33,881 bases of DNA from Gemmatimonadota bacterium (GTDB lineage: Bacteria > Gemmatimonadota > Gemmatimonadetes > Gemmatimonadales > Gemmatimonadaceae), in the NCBI GenBank assembly GCA_031372565.1, contig JANMLN010000019.1, positions 1 to 33,881 on the forward strand, read 5' to 3'. The notes beneath the pieces were generated by a model. The model was not told where the DNA came from and searched no databases. It was given only the letters and a program-made list of their open reading frames with translations. Below, piece after piece: positions 16,467 to 25,170 of the stretch; within the stretch, counting starts at the first letter, position 1; each line of letters starts with the position of its first letter. The position numbers and the translations under genes are program-made.

Positions 16467-17615
16467 GTGACCGCGTGGCGGCGGCTCGCACGCGCGACCG
16501 GTGCCGCACTCGCGGTCCCGGTCGCGCTGGCGTTGGCGGTGTACGCCGTCGCGCCGGTGTACGAGTTCGCCTCACCGCGTCCGTTCTCCGGGGCGCAGTG
16601 GTACAACCCGTATGCGCCCTCCACCGCGCAGGGCGATGCCTCCTGGCACGTCGCGAACTTCCACGCGCACTCCATCGCGTGGGGCGGGCTGACCAATGGC
16701 CACCAGCCGCCAGCCGACGTGCTCGCCGCCTATCGCACACTCGGCGCGGAGATCGCCGGCCTCTCCAACTATCACACGATCGACTCGACCAACGTCGCCG
16801 ACTCGACCTGGATTCCGACGTACGAGTACGGCTACTCGATCCCGAAGTCACATCGGCTCGCGTTGGGCGCGCGCGAGGTGCGTTGGCTCGACTTCGCGTT
16901 CGGCGCCACGCGCAGCCAGAAGCAGTGGGTGCTCGACCGGCTCCGCGCGGGAACAGCGCTCACCGTGATCAATCATCCGGTGATGCGCCATGGGCACACG
17001 GCGGCCGACCTGCGTGAACTGGGCAACTACGACTTGCTCGAAGCGATGAGCAGCTACGGCGACTCGCCCGCCGAGTGGGATGCCGCGCTGACCGCCGGGC
17101 ACGCCATCTGGGCCATCGGATCGGACGACAACCACAACATCACCCGTACCGATCTGCTGGGGCGCGTCTGGACGATGGTACTCGCTCCCACGACGCGCGC
17201 GCCGGCGGTGCTCGCCGCGCTCAAGGCCGGGCGGCAGTTCGCGGTCCGCGGGGCGGGGCTCCACATGGACAACGCCGTTCGTGCCGTGCGCATGACCGGC
17301 GACAGCGTGGATCTTGTGCTCGAGCGCCCCGCGCGTCGGATTCGCTTCATCGGTGATGGCGGGCGCGAACTGGCCGTGCATCGCGATGCGGCGCAGGCGC
17401 GCCATGTGGCCACGCGCGACGACCACTACGTGCGCATCGTCGTGGAGAACGACAGCACCACCTTCTGGCTCAATCCGGTGGTCCGCTGGGATGGCACCTC
17501 GCTCCCGGACCCGCGCCCCGTCCAGTCGCGGGGCGTCACGTGGGTGCTACGCACGGCACTGCTGCTGGTGCTGCTGGCCGCGGCACTGCGCTACCGGCGG
17601 CGGCCCCGGCGCTAG
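16467..17615 (+). CDS. PHP-fold metallo-phosphoesterase-like membrane-anchored protein
   Basis: NFHAHS, LSNYH, YEYG...H, INHP and GSDDNH metal-ligand motifs; hydrophobic segments at both termini. In-frame GTG at 16467 chosen as start. Confidence 0.7.
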   Translation: MTAWRRLARATGAALAVPVALALAVYAVAPVYEFASPRPFSGAQWYNPYAPSTAQGDASWHVANFHAHSIAWGGLTNGHQPPADVLAAYRTLGAEIAGLSNYHTIDSTNVADSTWIPTYEYGYSIPKSHRLALGAREVRWLDFAFGATRSQKQWVLDRLRAGTALTVINHPVMRHGHTAADLRELGNYDLLEAMSSYGDSPAEWDAALTAGHAIWAIGSDDNHNITRTDLLGRVWTMVLAPTTRAPAVLAALKAGRQFAVRGAGLHMDNAVRAVRMTGDSVDLVLERPARRIRFIGDGGRELAVHRDAAQARHVATRDDHYVRIVVENDSTTFWLNPVVRWDGTSLPDPRPVQSRGVTWVLRTALLLVLLAAALRYRRRPRR

Positions 17616-17639
17616 AGCGGAACGACCGCGCCCGTCGCG

Positions 17640-18188
17640 CTAGGCCGGTGGGCGCTGCTGTTGACGCTGCCGGATGGCATCCGCGCGGGACGCGTTGATC
17701 GCGTCGGCTTCACGCTGCTCATCGACGTTCTTGAGGAAGCGCACCTGCTGCTCCTCGGTCAGCACAAGCCGCACTTCCTCGACTTCCTTGCGCCGCAGCG
17801 CATCGACCCGGTCGAAGCGGCGCTGCACCAGCGCCATGTCCAGCTCCTGCCCCTTCTGCTTCTTCACCATCTGGTCGCGAAGCCAATCGTAGATCGGCAG
17901 CAGCTGCGGTTCGTATCTGTCACGAATCGCCTTCACGGCGGAGTCCTGGGCCGGTAGCAGCTTGATGCCGCGGAGGATCGGCTTGAGGTCAACCAGTTCC
18001 TCGCTCTTGGGGCCCGGATCGGCTCGTGGCTCCAGACCCTCCGTCTGCTGGATCCCGCCCGTGCGGCTGCCCATGGGCCGACCGCCACCGATGCCACCGC
18101 CCATGCCGCCGCCCTTGGGGAACTGCGCGGCCGCCACGCTGGGATGCGCGAGCAGGGCGGTCAGAGTCATGAAGCGGAAACGGGACAT
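17640..18188 (-). CDS. Exported helical protein, Spy/CpxP-like
   Basis: Signal peptide (MSRFRFMTLTALLAHPSVAAAQ), Gly-rich linker, and LTxxQ-like motifs IKLLPAQDSAVKAI and VRLVLTEEQQVRF. Confidence 0.55.
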   Translation of the reverse strand: MSRFRFMTLTALLAHPSVAAAQFPKGGGMGGGIGGGRPMGSRTGGIQQTEGLEPRADPGPKSEELVDLKPILRGIKLLPAQDSAVKAIRDRYEPQLLPIYDWLRDQMVKKQKGQELDMALVQRRFDRVDALRRKEVEEVRLVLTEEQQVRFLKNVDEQREADAINASRADAIRQRQQQRPPA

Positions 18189-18250
18189 GGCAGGCTGCCG
18201 GTGTGGGGAAGAACGAAAGTTAACCAAACCGGGCCCGAAAACAGCGCCCG

Positions 18251-19066
18251 CTAGGCCCAGCCGCGTAGGCGATACCGCACGAAGCCGAAGATCTCGTACA
18301 ACACCGCCGCCGCCGAATTGAGCCGTTCGGTGACGGTCACCGCGTCGGCCACGCGGGTGCGCCGCTCCGGGCTCGGCCAGCACGACACGATCAGCCCCAC
18401 CCCTTCGAACGTTCGGCACGCCCGGCCAGAATGCGACGGCGACGTGACGACCGCGACATGGCGCCATCCCAGCCGCGTAGCCAACGCGCGCACGGCCTCC
18501 GCCTCGTCGCGCGTGGAGAAGACATCGCGTACGAAGTGGACACGACGGCCTCCCGCGAGCGCCATCATCCGACGTGTGTCCGCCTCGGTGCTCGTGCGCG
18601 CTCGTGGTCCACGGCGAACCACCGAGGTCACGATCGGCGTGGTGTCCGGGGCCGCCGTGCGCTCGAGTCCGCTCAGCATGCGATCCACGGTCTCCTGGCT
18701 CATGAGCTCTTCCCGCGTCACGCCGCCGCCGAGGACCACGACGGCGTCCACCTGAGCAGGCGGGTCGGAGCGCACCAGTCGGCGGCCCACGACCGACACG
18801 ATCGGCGTGAGCACGAAGACCAGGAGCGCCACGACGATCGACGCCATCAACCGGAACGCGTACCGCTCGCGGCCCGACGCGCCGAGCGCGGCCCCCAGCA
18901 CCAGCAGGCCGACGATCGGGATCAGGTCGCCCACAGCGAGAATGTCGCGCGACCCCAGCAGCGTGGACAGCATCCACGCGCCGCTCGCGAGAAGCGCGCC
19001 ACGCACGGCTGCCACGCTGCGCGCGCGGATGCTCGGCGGGACGGACCGGCTCGCTGGCTCGGTCAC
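18251..19066 (-). CDS. YdcF/DUF218 family membrane protein
   Basis: N-terminal TM helices, DAVVVLGGG, STRDEA, VAVVTSPSHSGRACRTF and C-terminal LYEIFGFVRYRLRGW. Confidence 0.85.
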   Translation of the reverse strand: MTEPASRSVPPSIRARSVAAVRGALLASGAWMLSTLLGSRDILAVGDLIPIVGLLVLGAALGASGRERYAFRLMASIVVALLVFVLTPIVSVVGRRLVRSDPPAQVDAVVVLGGGVTREELMSQETVDRMLSGLERTAAPDTTPIVTSVVRRGPRARTSTEADTRRMMALAGGRRVHFVRDVFSTRDEAEAVRALATRLGWRHVAVVTSPSHSGRACRTFEGVGLIVSCWPSPERRTRVADAVTVTERLNSAAAVLYEIFGFVRYRLRGWA

Positions 19067-19842
19067 GTGAGCGATCGGCGGAGTTCGAGCATGCGCGCCG
19101 GGTCGTCCGTGATGATGCCGCTCACGCCGTCGGCCCAGAAGCGCTCAGCCTCGCGGGGGTCGTTCACGGTCCACACGTGCACTGGCGCGCGGGCGGCGCG
19201 GGTCGCCGCGACCATCCCGGCCACGGGAATCGGGACGCCGTAGTATCGATCCGGAATGGCCATGAAGGCGAAGCCGGGGCGGGTGGCTGTCAGCCCGAGC
19301 AGGGCGCGCGGTAGCACGCGGAGTGCGTCGCGCTGCGAGGCCCCCACCGCGATCGGCGACCCGGCAAAGGCTGCCCCCGCCTCGTGGTGAAACGATTCCA
19401 CGATGCAGCGCGCCGTCGCGTCCGCGGCCTCGATGATGCGGCGTACGGCCGCCGCCGCTTCGGCCACCTTGATCTCGATCAGGACAAAAGTCTCCGGCAA
19501 CTGCGCGAGGACGTCGGCGAGCCGAGGGATGCCGACGCCGCGCCCGCGCCACGGAAAGCTCCGTCCGCCGTCCACCGTGAACCGGTACCCCGCATCGAGC
19601 GCGGCCAACGCTGCCCAGGTGAGCTGCTTCACGTCGCCCCCACCATCGGTAGTCCGATCCACCGACGGGTCATGGATGACGATCACTTCGCCGTCGGCCG
19701 AGAGGTGGACATCGAGTTCGATGGCATCGACCCCGAGCGCCACCGCCTGTTCGAAGGCAATCAGCGTATTCTCGGGCGCATGCGCGCGGTTGCCCCGGTG
19801 GCCCACCACCAGGCGCTGACCGACGGTTAGCAGCGGATGCAT
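19063..19842 (-). CDS. Glycerophosphodiester phosphodiesterase (GDPD family)
   Basis: VGHRGNRAHAPENTLIAF, IELDVHLSADGEVIVIHD, IEIK, VHVWTVND, GVSGIITDDP. Confidence 0.93.
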   Translation of the reverse strand: MHPLLTVGQRLVVGHRGNRAHAPENTLIAFEQAVALGVDAIELDVHLSADGEVIVIHDPSVDRTTDGGGDVKQLTWAALAALDAGYRFTVDGGRSFPWRGRGVGIPRLADVLAQLPETFVLIEIKVAEAAAAVRRIIEAADATARCIVESFHHEAGAAFAGSPIAVGASQRDALRVLPRALLGLTATRPGFAFMAIPDRYYGVPIPVAGMVAATRAARAPVHVWTVNDPREAERFWADGVSGIITDDPARMLELRRSLT

Positions 19843-19858
19843 GAGGGGATCATGAGGG

Positions 19859-19902
19859 AAAAAACTAGCGGGGCGGCGCGCCCGTTGGCCCGCCGCCCCG
19901 CT
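19859..19902 (-). terminator. Intrinsic terminator downstream of the TonB-dependent receptor gene
   Basis: 12-bp stem AGCGGGGCGGCG (19867-19878) / CGCCGCCCCGCT (19891-19902), followed on the minus strand by AG and six T. Confidence 0.7.
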
Positions 19903-19942
19903 CTTCGTCGCCGGCCCCGAAGGGCCGGCAACGCACGTCAGG

Positions 19943-22942
19943 CTAGAACGTCGTCGTGAGACGCGTCATCACCATCCGGCCGATGTACGGCGTGCCGGCG
20001 AACGTGTTGTACGGCTGGTCGAGCAGGTTGGTCACGGAGAGCGAGAGGGTGATCGGGAAGGCCCCCTCGTTCTTGAACTTGTACGACCCATTGATGTCGA
20101 GCACGCCGGTGCGGCCGACCGCATCGTAGCCGTAGAGGCCAGGGCCCGTGCGGCCCACACCCGGGACGGCCCCGGACACGAAGCCCGGATTGCCCGCCGG
20201 AATCGCGAAACCGACGCCGCTGGCGTAGACGCCCGAGTTGATCGCGAAGCCGCTCCACGCGCGAACGCGCGCTTCGGTGTTCCACCCTTCGTCCTGATCG
20301 CCGAAGCGGATGGTGGCGCTGCCCTTCACACGCGCCGAGTTGGACATGATCGGCAGGTTGTTGCCGCCGATGTTGCCAAGGTCATCGAACACGTTCTTGT
20401 TCATGACGCTCCCCGTCGCGAGAAGCGTGAGGCGGCGATTGACCTGAACTTCACCGGCGAAGTCGACACCGAAGACGTCGATCGTCTTGGTCGTCACGGC
20501 CTGGTAGGTGGCCAGCAAGCTGCCATCCCGCACGGTCGGACGATCAAAGGTGACCGTGCCCAGTGGTGCACCGGCAAACGAGCCCGGGCGACCGGTCGAG
20601 GTGGCGCCGTAGAAGCTCGCGGCGATACCCGCGGCGAGTGGGCCCGCGTTGCCCGCGGCGAGCGGGCCGCCGAGGAACGGCGTGAGCGCCGTCGTCAGGG
20701 CGCCAATGAGCGCGGGGCTGCCCGCCAGATAGCTGCGAGCCGCGCCGCTGTCCGCGAACACGCTCGGCGTCGAGAGCGCCGCCGACGTGCCCACATCGCC
20801 ACGCTGCTGGTACCAGAAGGACGCGTCGAAGCGCACGCGGCCGAACGCGATCCCCTTGTAGCCCACTTCAAAGTTCTGGTTGTACTGGGGCTTGAGGGCA
20901 GCGATCGGCTGCAACGCCGTCGCCGGGTTGAGATTCGTGAACGCACTGCTCAGCATGGCGAGCCGCGAGCCAACCTGCACGTCGCTCGGCGCGAGCGTGG
21001 GCAGCGCGTTGGAGTAGGCCGTCGCGATGGCGTTCGCGATCGCTGCGCGGGCCGGGGCCGGCTGCCCTGCGAACGGATTGGAGGGTGAAGTGCTGTTGAA
21101 CTGGGCAAAGAGGCCCGCATTGATGGCCGCCTGGTTACGCTGCCAGAACCCGGGCAGCGCCGACGCGGCGCTCGACGGCACGAAGTTGTTGCCGCCCGCG
21201 AACGGCGAGCGCATGCAGAAGCCTGCGTTCGGACCGCCGCACGTGTTGCGGAACTTCCACCCTTCCTTGGGCGGGTTGCCCACGGCCTTCAGGTCGAAGC
21301 CCGACCCACCGAGGTTCGGCGACGAGATCAGGTCGAGGAAGAACGAGAAGTTGGCCGGCGTGTTGAACGACCGGTTGTACGAGACACGGAACGTCTGGTC
21401 CTTGGTCGGGCGGAAGATCAGCGCCGCGCGCGGGGAGAACATCGTCTCCTCGAGTGCGGTGTGCTTGTCGACGCGCGCCGCGAGGATCAGGTCGAACCGG
21501 GAGCCCAGCTTGCTCTCGGACTGGATGAACGCGCCGATCTCCTTCGTGTTGTCGGCGGCTTCGTTGCCACCGTTGGTCGTGCCCGCCGTGCGCGGGTTCG
21601 TGAAGATGGCGTCGCCGCCCACCGTGAACGACTGCTTCGAGCCCAGGTCGAACCCCTGAATGGCCTGCGCCGCGATGACACGCGACTGGTCCACGATCGG
21701 CTGGCCGGAGCGCAGCAGGTAGGTGCCGTTGCCCGAGAACGGCGAGTTGTTGCCCGCGTTGCTCTCGTTCATGAACAGCTGACCGAAGAACCGCTTGTAG
21801 TTGATGCGCTGCTGGAAGCTGACGTACGACCAGTTGCGGATCTGCGACGTCCCGTTGGCACCCGTGAGTTCCATGCCGCTCGGAATCTCCGTGAGTCCGA
21901 TCGTGGAGATCAGGCTCAGGTCCTGAATCGGCCGGAGGTCGAGGCGCCCTTCGATCGTCTGCTTCTTGACGCCGTAGTCGCGGAACGAGTTGTTGCCGCG
22001 ACGGTCGATCGGCACGCGCTGTGCCGTGTCGAACTTCGTGATTTCGCCCGGGTCCACGTAGGCCCAGTCGTTGCCGGTGAACGTTTCGCCGGAAATCTTG
22101 TAGCCGACCTTGTCGCCGAGCGTGCCCGCGTGGCGGAAGGCCGCGCGGAAGATGCTGCGCTCACCGCCGTCCACCGTGATCGTCGTTCCCTTCGAATCAA
22201 ACGGCGAGCGGGTGATCACGTGCATGACGCCGTTGCCCGAGTTCGGGCCGTAGAGCGCCGAGGCCGGTCCGAGCAGCACTTCGATGCGCTCGATGTCGTC
22301 GTTCGACCCCGTAAAGAGGAGCGGAACGTTGACGCGGAGCGACGGGACACCGGCGAACCGGTAGTCCTGCAGCATCAGCATCGAGCCGGAGAACGCGTTG
22401 TTGAAGCCGCGGGCCACGATGTTCGACTGGGCGATGCCGCCCTGCGACACGTCGATGCCCGGCGTCGACTTGAGGTGGTCCGCCACCGTCAAGCTCGGAC
22501 GCTCGCTGATTTCCTGCTGCGTGACGACCGAAATCTGCGCCGGCGCGTCCAGCGCGCGTTCCGCCTTGCGCGAGGCCGTCGTGACGACCTGCGTCAGCGA
22601 CGTCGCAACCGCGCCCAGCGCGGCATTGACGGTCGCCGTACCGCCGCCCGTCACCTGCACTCCCTCGGTCCGCTTGGCCTGGAACCCGATGCGGCTCACG
22701 ACGACCGTGTAGCTCCCCGCGGCCAGACCGGTCAGCCGGTACGAGCCGTCGTTGGCCGTCGCGACGGCGCCCACCGTGCGTCCGCTCGTGCCGAGCGCCT
22801 GCACGCGCGCCTCACCAATCGGCGCGCCGCCGTTCGCTTCCGTTACGCGGCCCGCGATGGCGCCACTTCCTTGGCCCTGGGCCGGCAGGGCGAACCCCAC
22901 CAGCGCCGCGCCAAGCACCGCCCACTCACGAAGTCTCTTCAT
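19943..22942 (-). CDS. TonB-dependent outer membrane receptor with N-terminal carboxypeptidase-regulatory-like domain
   Basis: Signal peptide MKRLREWAVLGAALVG, plug (VVTTASRKAE...APAQISVV, ARGFNNAFSG, IERIEVLLGPASALYG), SPRAALIF, LSVTNLLD and C-terminal Phe; GAGG RBS before ATG 22942. Confidence 0.92.
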   Translation of the reverse strand: MKRLREWAVLGAALVGFALPAQGQGSGAIAGRVTEANGGAPIGEARVQALGTSGRTVGAVATANDGSYRLTGLAAGSYTVVVSRIGFQAKRTEGVQVTGGGTATVNAALGAVATSLTQVVTTASRKAERALDAPAQISVVTQQEISERPSLTVADHLKSTPGIDVSQGGIAQSNIVARGFNNAFSGSMLMLQDYRFAGVPSLRVNVPLLFTGSNDDIERIEVLLGPASALYGPNSGNGVMHVITRSPFDSKGTTITVDGGERSIFRAAFRHAGTLGDKVGYKISGETFTGNDWAYVDPGEITKFDTAQRVPIDRRGNNSFRDYGVKKQTIEGRLDLRPIQDLSLISTIGLTEIPSGMELTGANGTSQIRNWSYVSFQQRINYKRFFGQLFMNESNAGNNSPFSGNGTYLLRSGQPIVDQSRVIAAQAIQGFDLGSKQSFTVGGDAIFTNPRTAGTTNGGNEAADNTKEIGAFIQSESKLGSRFDLILAARVDKHTALEETMFSPRAALIFRPTKDQTFRVSYNRSFNTPANFSFFLDLISSPNLGGSGFDLKAVGNPPKEGWKFRNTCGGPNAGFCMRSPFAGGNNFVPSSAASALPGFWQRNQAAINAGLFAQFNSTSPSNPFAGQPAPARAAIANAIATAYSNALPTLAPSDVQVGSRLAMLSSAFTNLNPATALQPIAALKPQYNQNFEVGYKGIAFGRVRFDASFWYQQRGDVGTSAALSTPSVFADSGAARSYLAGSPALIGALTTALTPFLGGPLAAGNAGPLAAGIAASFYGATSTGRPGSFAGAPLGTVTFDRPTVRDGSLLATYQAVTTKTIDVFGVDFAGEVQVNRRLTLLATGSVMNKNVFDDLGNIGGNNLPIMSNSARVKGSATIRFGDQDEGWNTEARVRAWSGFAINSGVYASGVGFAIPAGNPGFVSGAVPGVGRTGPGLYGYDAVGRTGVLDINGSYKFKNEGAFPITLSLSVTNLLDQPYNTFAGTPYIGRMVMTRLTTTF

Positions 22943-23091
22943 CTGTTTCCCTCGAGCATTGAAGGGGTCGGCCGCGCCTTGCGCGGGTGCTTCCACCGCC
23001 GTCACAGGACCCTGATCCCGGACTGCGGCCTGCGCATCGTCGCGCAGGACAATCAGCGAAGTCCCCACCGGTGGCGGGGACGGCAAAGCAG

Positions 23092-23119
23092 AGGATAACC
23101 GCCGTAACGGCTGCGTCAA
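23092..23119 (-). promoter_or_regulatory. Putative sigma70-type promoter for the TonB-dependent receptor
   Basis: Minus strand TTGACG-N16-TATCCT. Confidence 0.55.
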
Positions 23120-23120
23120 T

Positions 23121-23136
23121 AGATGCAAACGCATCT
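23121..23136. promoter_or_regulatory. Inverted repeat, candidate operator
   Basis: AGATGC-AAAC-GCATCT, immediately upstream of the putative -35. Confidence 0.45.
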
Positions 23137-23217
23137 TCTTCCCCCCCTTGACGCCAGCCTCCAGAAGTTGCAACGCCCCCCTCGCGCCCGCCGGGGCCCG
23201 CCCGGTACGATTCTCGC

Positions 23218-23958
23218 GTGCCAACGACCTCCACTCCCCACCCGTTTGGCGGCTTCTCCCCCCGCGCCCTGCACTTCCTGCGCGACCTCGCCGACCACAA
23301 CGCGCGCGACTGGTTCGAAGCGCACCGCGACCAGTACGAGACCGACCTCCGCGGCCCCCTCCGCGACTTCGTCGAAGAGATCGACGCGCGACTCGGCGCC
23401 AAGGTGCCCGAGATCGCCGGCGACCCGCGCCGCTCGATCTTCCGTATTCATCGCGATATCCGCTTCTCCAAGGACAAGTCCCCCTACAAGACGCACGCCG
23501 GGTGCTGGTTCTACCATCGACGCTCCTCCAAGAGCGTGAGCTCGTCCTCCCCCGACGGCGGCGCGGCAGGCTTCTACTTCCACCTCGAGCCGCGCGGCTG
23601 TTTCGTGGCCGGCGGCATGTGGATGCCGCCTCGCGAGCAGCTCAACCGGATCCGCGACCGCATCACGGCCGACCAGCGCGGCTTTGAGCGCACCCTCACC
23701 GGTGCGGGCTTCAAGAAGTGGTTCGGGGCGCTCTCCGAGGAGCACATGCTCGTGCGCCTCCCGCGCGGCTACGACGACGGGCACCCCGCCTGGCGCTGGT
23801 TGCGCTACCAGTCCTTTACCGCCTCGACCAAGCTCACGCAGCGCGACGTCACCAGTCCGCGCGTCGTCGACACCGTCGTCGAGCGGTTCCTGGCGCTCGC
23901 CCCGTTCGTTCGCTGGCTCAACGCGGCGCTCGGCTACCCACCGGCCGACCGGCGATGA
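23218..23958 (+). CDS. DUF2461 (TIGR02453-type) family protein
   Basis: FLRDLADHNARDWFEAHRDQYE, SIFRIHRDIRFSKDKSPYKTH, GFYFHLEP, GGMWMP, RLPRGYDDGHP. Confidence 0.9.
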   Translation: MPTTSTPHPFGGFSPRALHFLRDLADHNARDWFEAHRDQYETDLRGPLRDFVEEIDARLGAKVPEIAGDPRRSIFRIHRDIRFSKDKSPYKTHAGCWFYHRRSSKSVSSSSPDGGAAGFYFHLEPRGCFVAGGMWMPPREQLNRIRDRITADQRGFERTLTGAGFKKWFGALSEEHMLVRLPRGYDDGHPAWRWLRYQSFTASTKLTQRDVTSPRVVDTVVERFLALAPFVRWLNAALGYPPADRR

Positions 23959-25103
23959 CCAACAGCGCGCGCCCCTTGGGCGCCTTGGTGGTCGGCGGTG
24001 GCCCGGCCGGTCTGGCCGTGTCGCGCGAACTCCAGAAGCGCGGCGTCAATCATCGGGTCCTCGAGCGAGGGGACGGCGCCGGTGCCGTCTGGGCGAAGCT
24101 GTACGACTCGCTCACGTTGCATACCGGCCGACACATGTCGCACCTGCCGGATCGCCCGTTCGCCGCCGGCACGCCGCTCTTCGTGCCGCGCGCGACCTTC
24201 GTGCGCTACCTCGACGACTACGCGCGGCATTTCGCGCTCCCCCTGGAAGCCGGCGTCGAGGTGACGCGCCTCGAACGGCATGATGGCGTCTGGGTCGCCG
24301 ACACCACGCGCGGCCTCGTGTCGGCCCGGACCGTCGTCCTCGCGACGGGCATCGTGTCCAACCCGCGGCTCCCCGACCTGCCCGGGCGCGACACCTTCGG
24401 CAGCGAGGTGCTGCACGCGAGTGCGTATCAGCGCCCCGGTCCGTTCACGGCCAAGCGCGTGCTCGTCGTGGGGGTTGGCAACTCCGGGGGCGAGATCGGC
24501 AGCGAGCTGTCGCGCGCGGGGGCGCAGGTGACCGTGGCGGTGCGCAGCGGTGCCAATGTCGTGCCGCGCGACCTGGCCGGCATTCCGATCCAGTACTTGT
24601 CATATGGATTGCGGAAGCTCCCTCTGGCCGTGCAGCGCATCGCCGCCGACCTCGTGCGCCGCCTGGGTGAGGCACGGCGCGGCCCTCCGGTGCTGCCCCG
24701 GCCCGCACACTCCGCGCTCGAGGCCATTCCGCTGATCGGCTTCAACCTCGTCGACGAGATTCGCGCGGGCCGGATCGCCGTGCGGCCGGGAGTCGCCGCA
24801 CTCACCCCCACCGGGGCACGCTTCACGGACGGTCGAGAGGAGCCCTTCGACGTCGTGATCCTCGCCACCGGATACCGGGCGGCGGTGCAGCCGCTCGGCG
24901 ACCTCGTGCGCCTCGACGCGCGCGGCTTCGGCGAGCGCACCGATCGCGTGGTGAGTGCCGATCAGCCGGGACTCTTTTTCGTCGGCCACAACTACGACAG
25001 CTCAGGCGGGCTATCCAACATCCGACAGGACGCTCCTCTCGCGGCCGAGCGAGTCGCCGTCATCCTGCGCGCAGCGAAGGACCTGCTTGTGCCGTCGTCC
25101 TGA
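23955..25103 (+). CDS. Flavin-containing monooxygenase (class B, FMO/YUCCA-like)
   Basis: VVGGGPAGL, W..LYDSLTLHT, VVLATG, FGSEVLHASAY, VVGVGNSG, VILATGY; ATGA overlap with the upstream gene. Confidence 0.88.
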   Translation: MTNSARPLGALVVGGGPAGLAVSRELQKRGVNHRVLERGDGAGAVWAKLYDSLTLHTGRHMSHLPDRPFAAGTPLFVPRATFVRYLDDYARHFALPLEAGVEVTRLERHDGVWVADTTRGLVSARTVVLATGIVSNPRLPDLPGRDTFGSEVLHASAYQRPGPFTAKRVLVVGVGNSGGEIGSELSRAGAQVTVAVRSGANVVPRDLAGIPIQYLSYGLRKLPLAVQRIAADLVRRLGEARRGPPVLPRPAHSALEAIPLIGFNLVDEIRAGRIAVRPGVAALTPTGARFTDGREEPFDVVILATGYRAAVQPLGDLVRLDARGFGERTDRVVSADQPGLFFVGHNYDSSGGLSNIRQDAPLAAERVAVILRAAKDLLVPSS

Positions 25104-25158
25104 GCGCAGCGAAGGACCTGCTTGTGTTGTCGTCCTGAGCGCAGCGAAGGACCTGCTT
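25059..25158 (+). repeat. REP-like cluster 2: three direct 30-bp units with 35-bp period (25059, 25094, 25129)
   Basis: Same unit as 7184-7213. The first copy has 2 mismatches; spacers are GTGCC and GTGTT. Confidence 0.92.
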
Positions 25159-25170
25159 CTCCCCCCGCAG

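Noticed and set aside
19840..19860. Short duplication CATGAGGG giving a second, out-of-frame ATG upstream of the GDPD gene
   Set aside because: Too short to distinguish from chance, with no evidence for a regulatory upstream ORF.
22943..23224. N-terminal extension of the TonB receptor in the ORF track
   Set aside because: The signal peptide and RBS point to ATG 22942, and the upstream part contains promoter-like elements.
25059..25158. Three 30-bp palindromic direct repeats resembling a mini CRISPR array
   Set aside because: Spacers are only 5 bp and nearly identical, the same unit occurs inverted elsewhere, and no cas genes are present; a REP-like repeat fits better.
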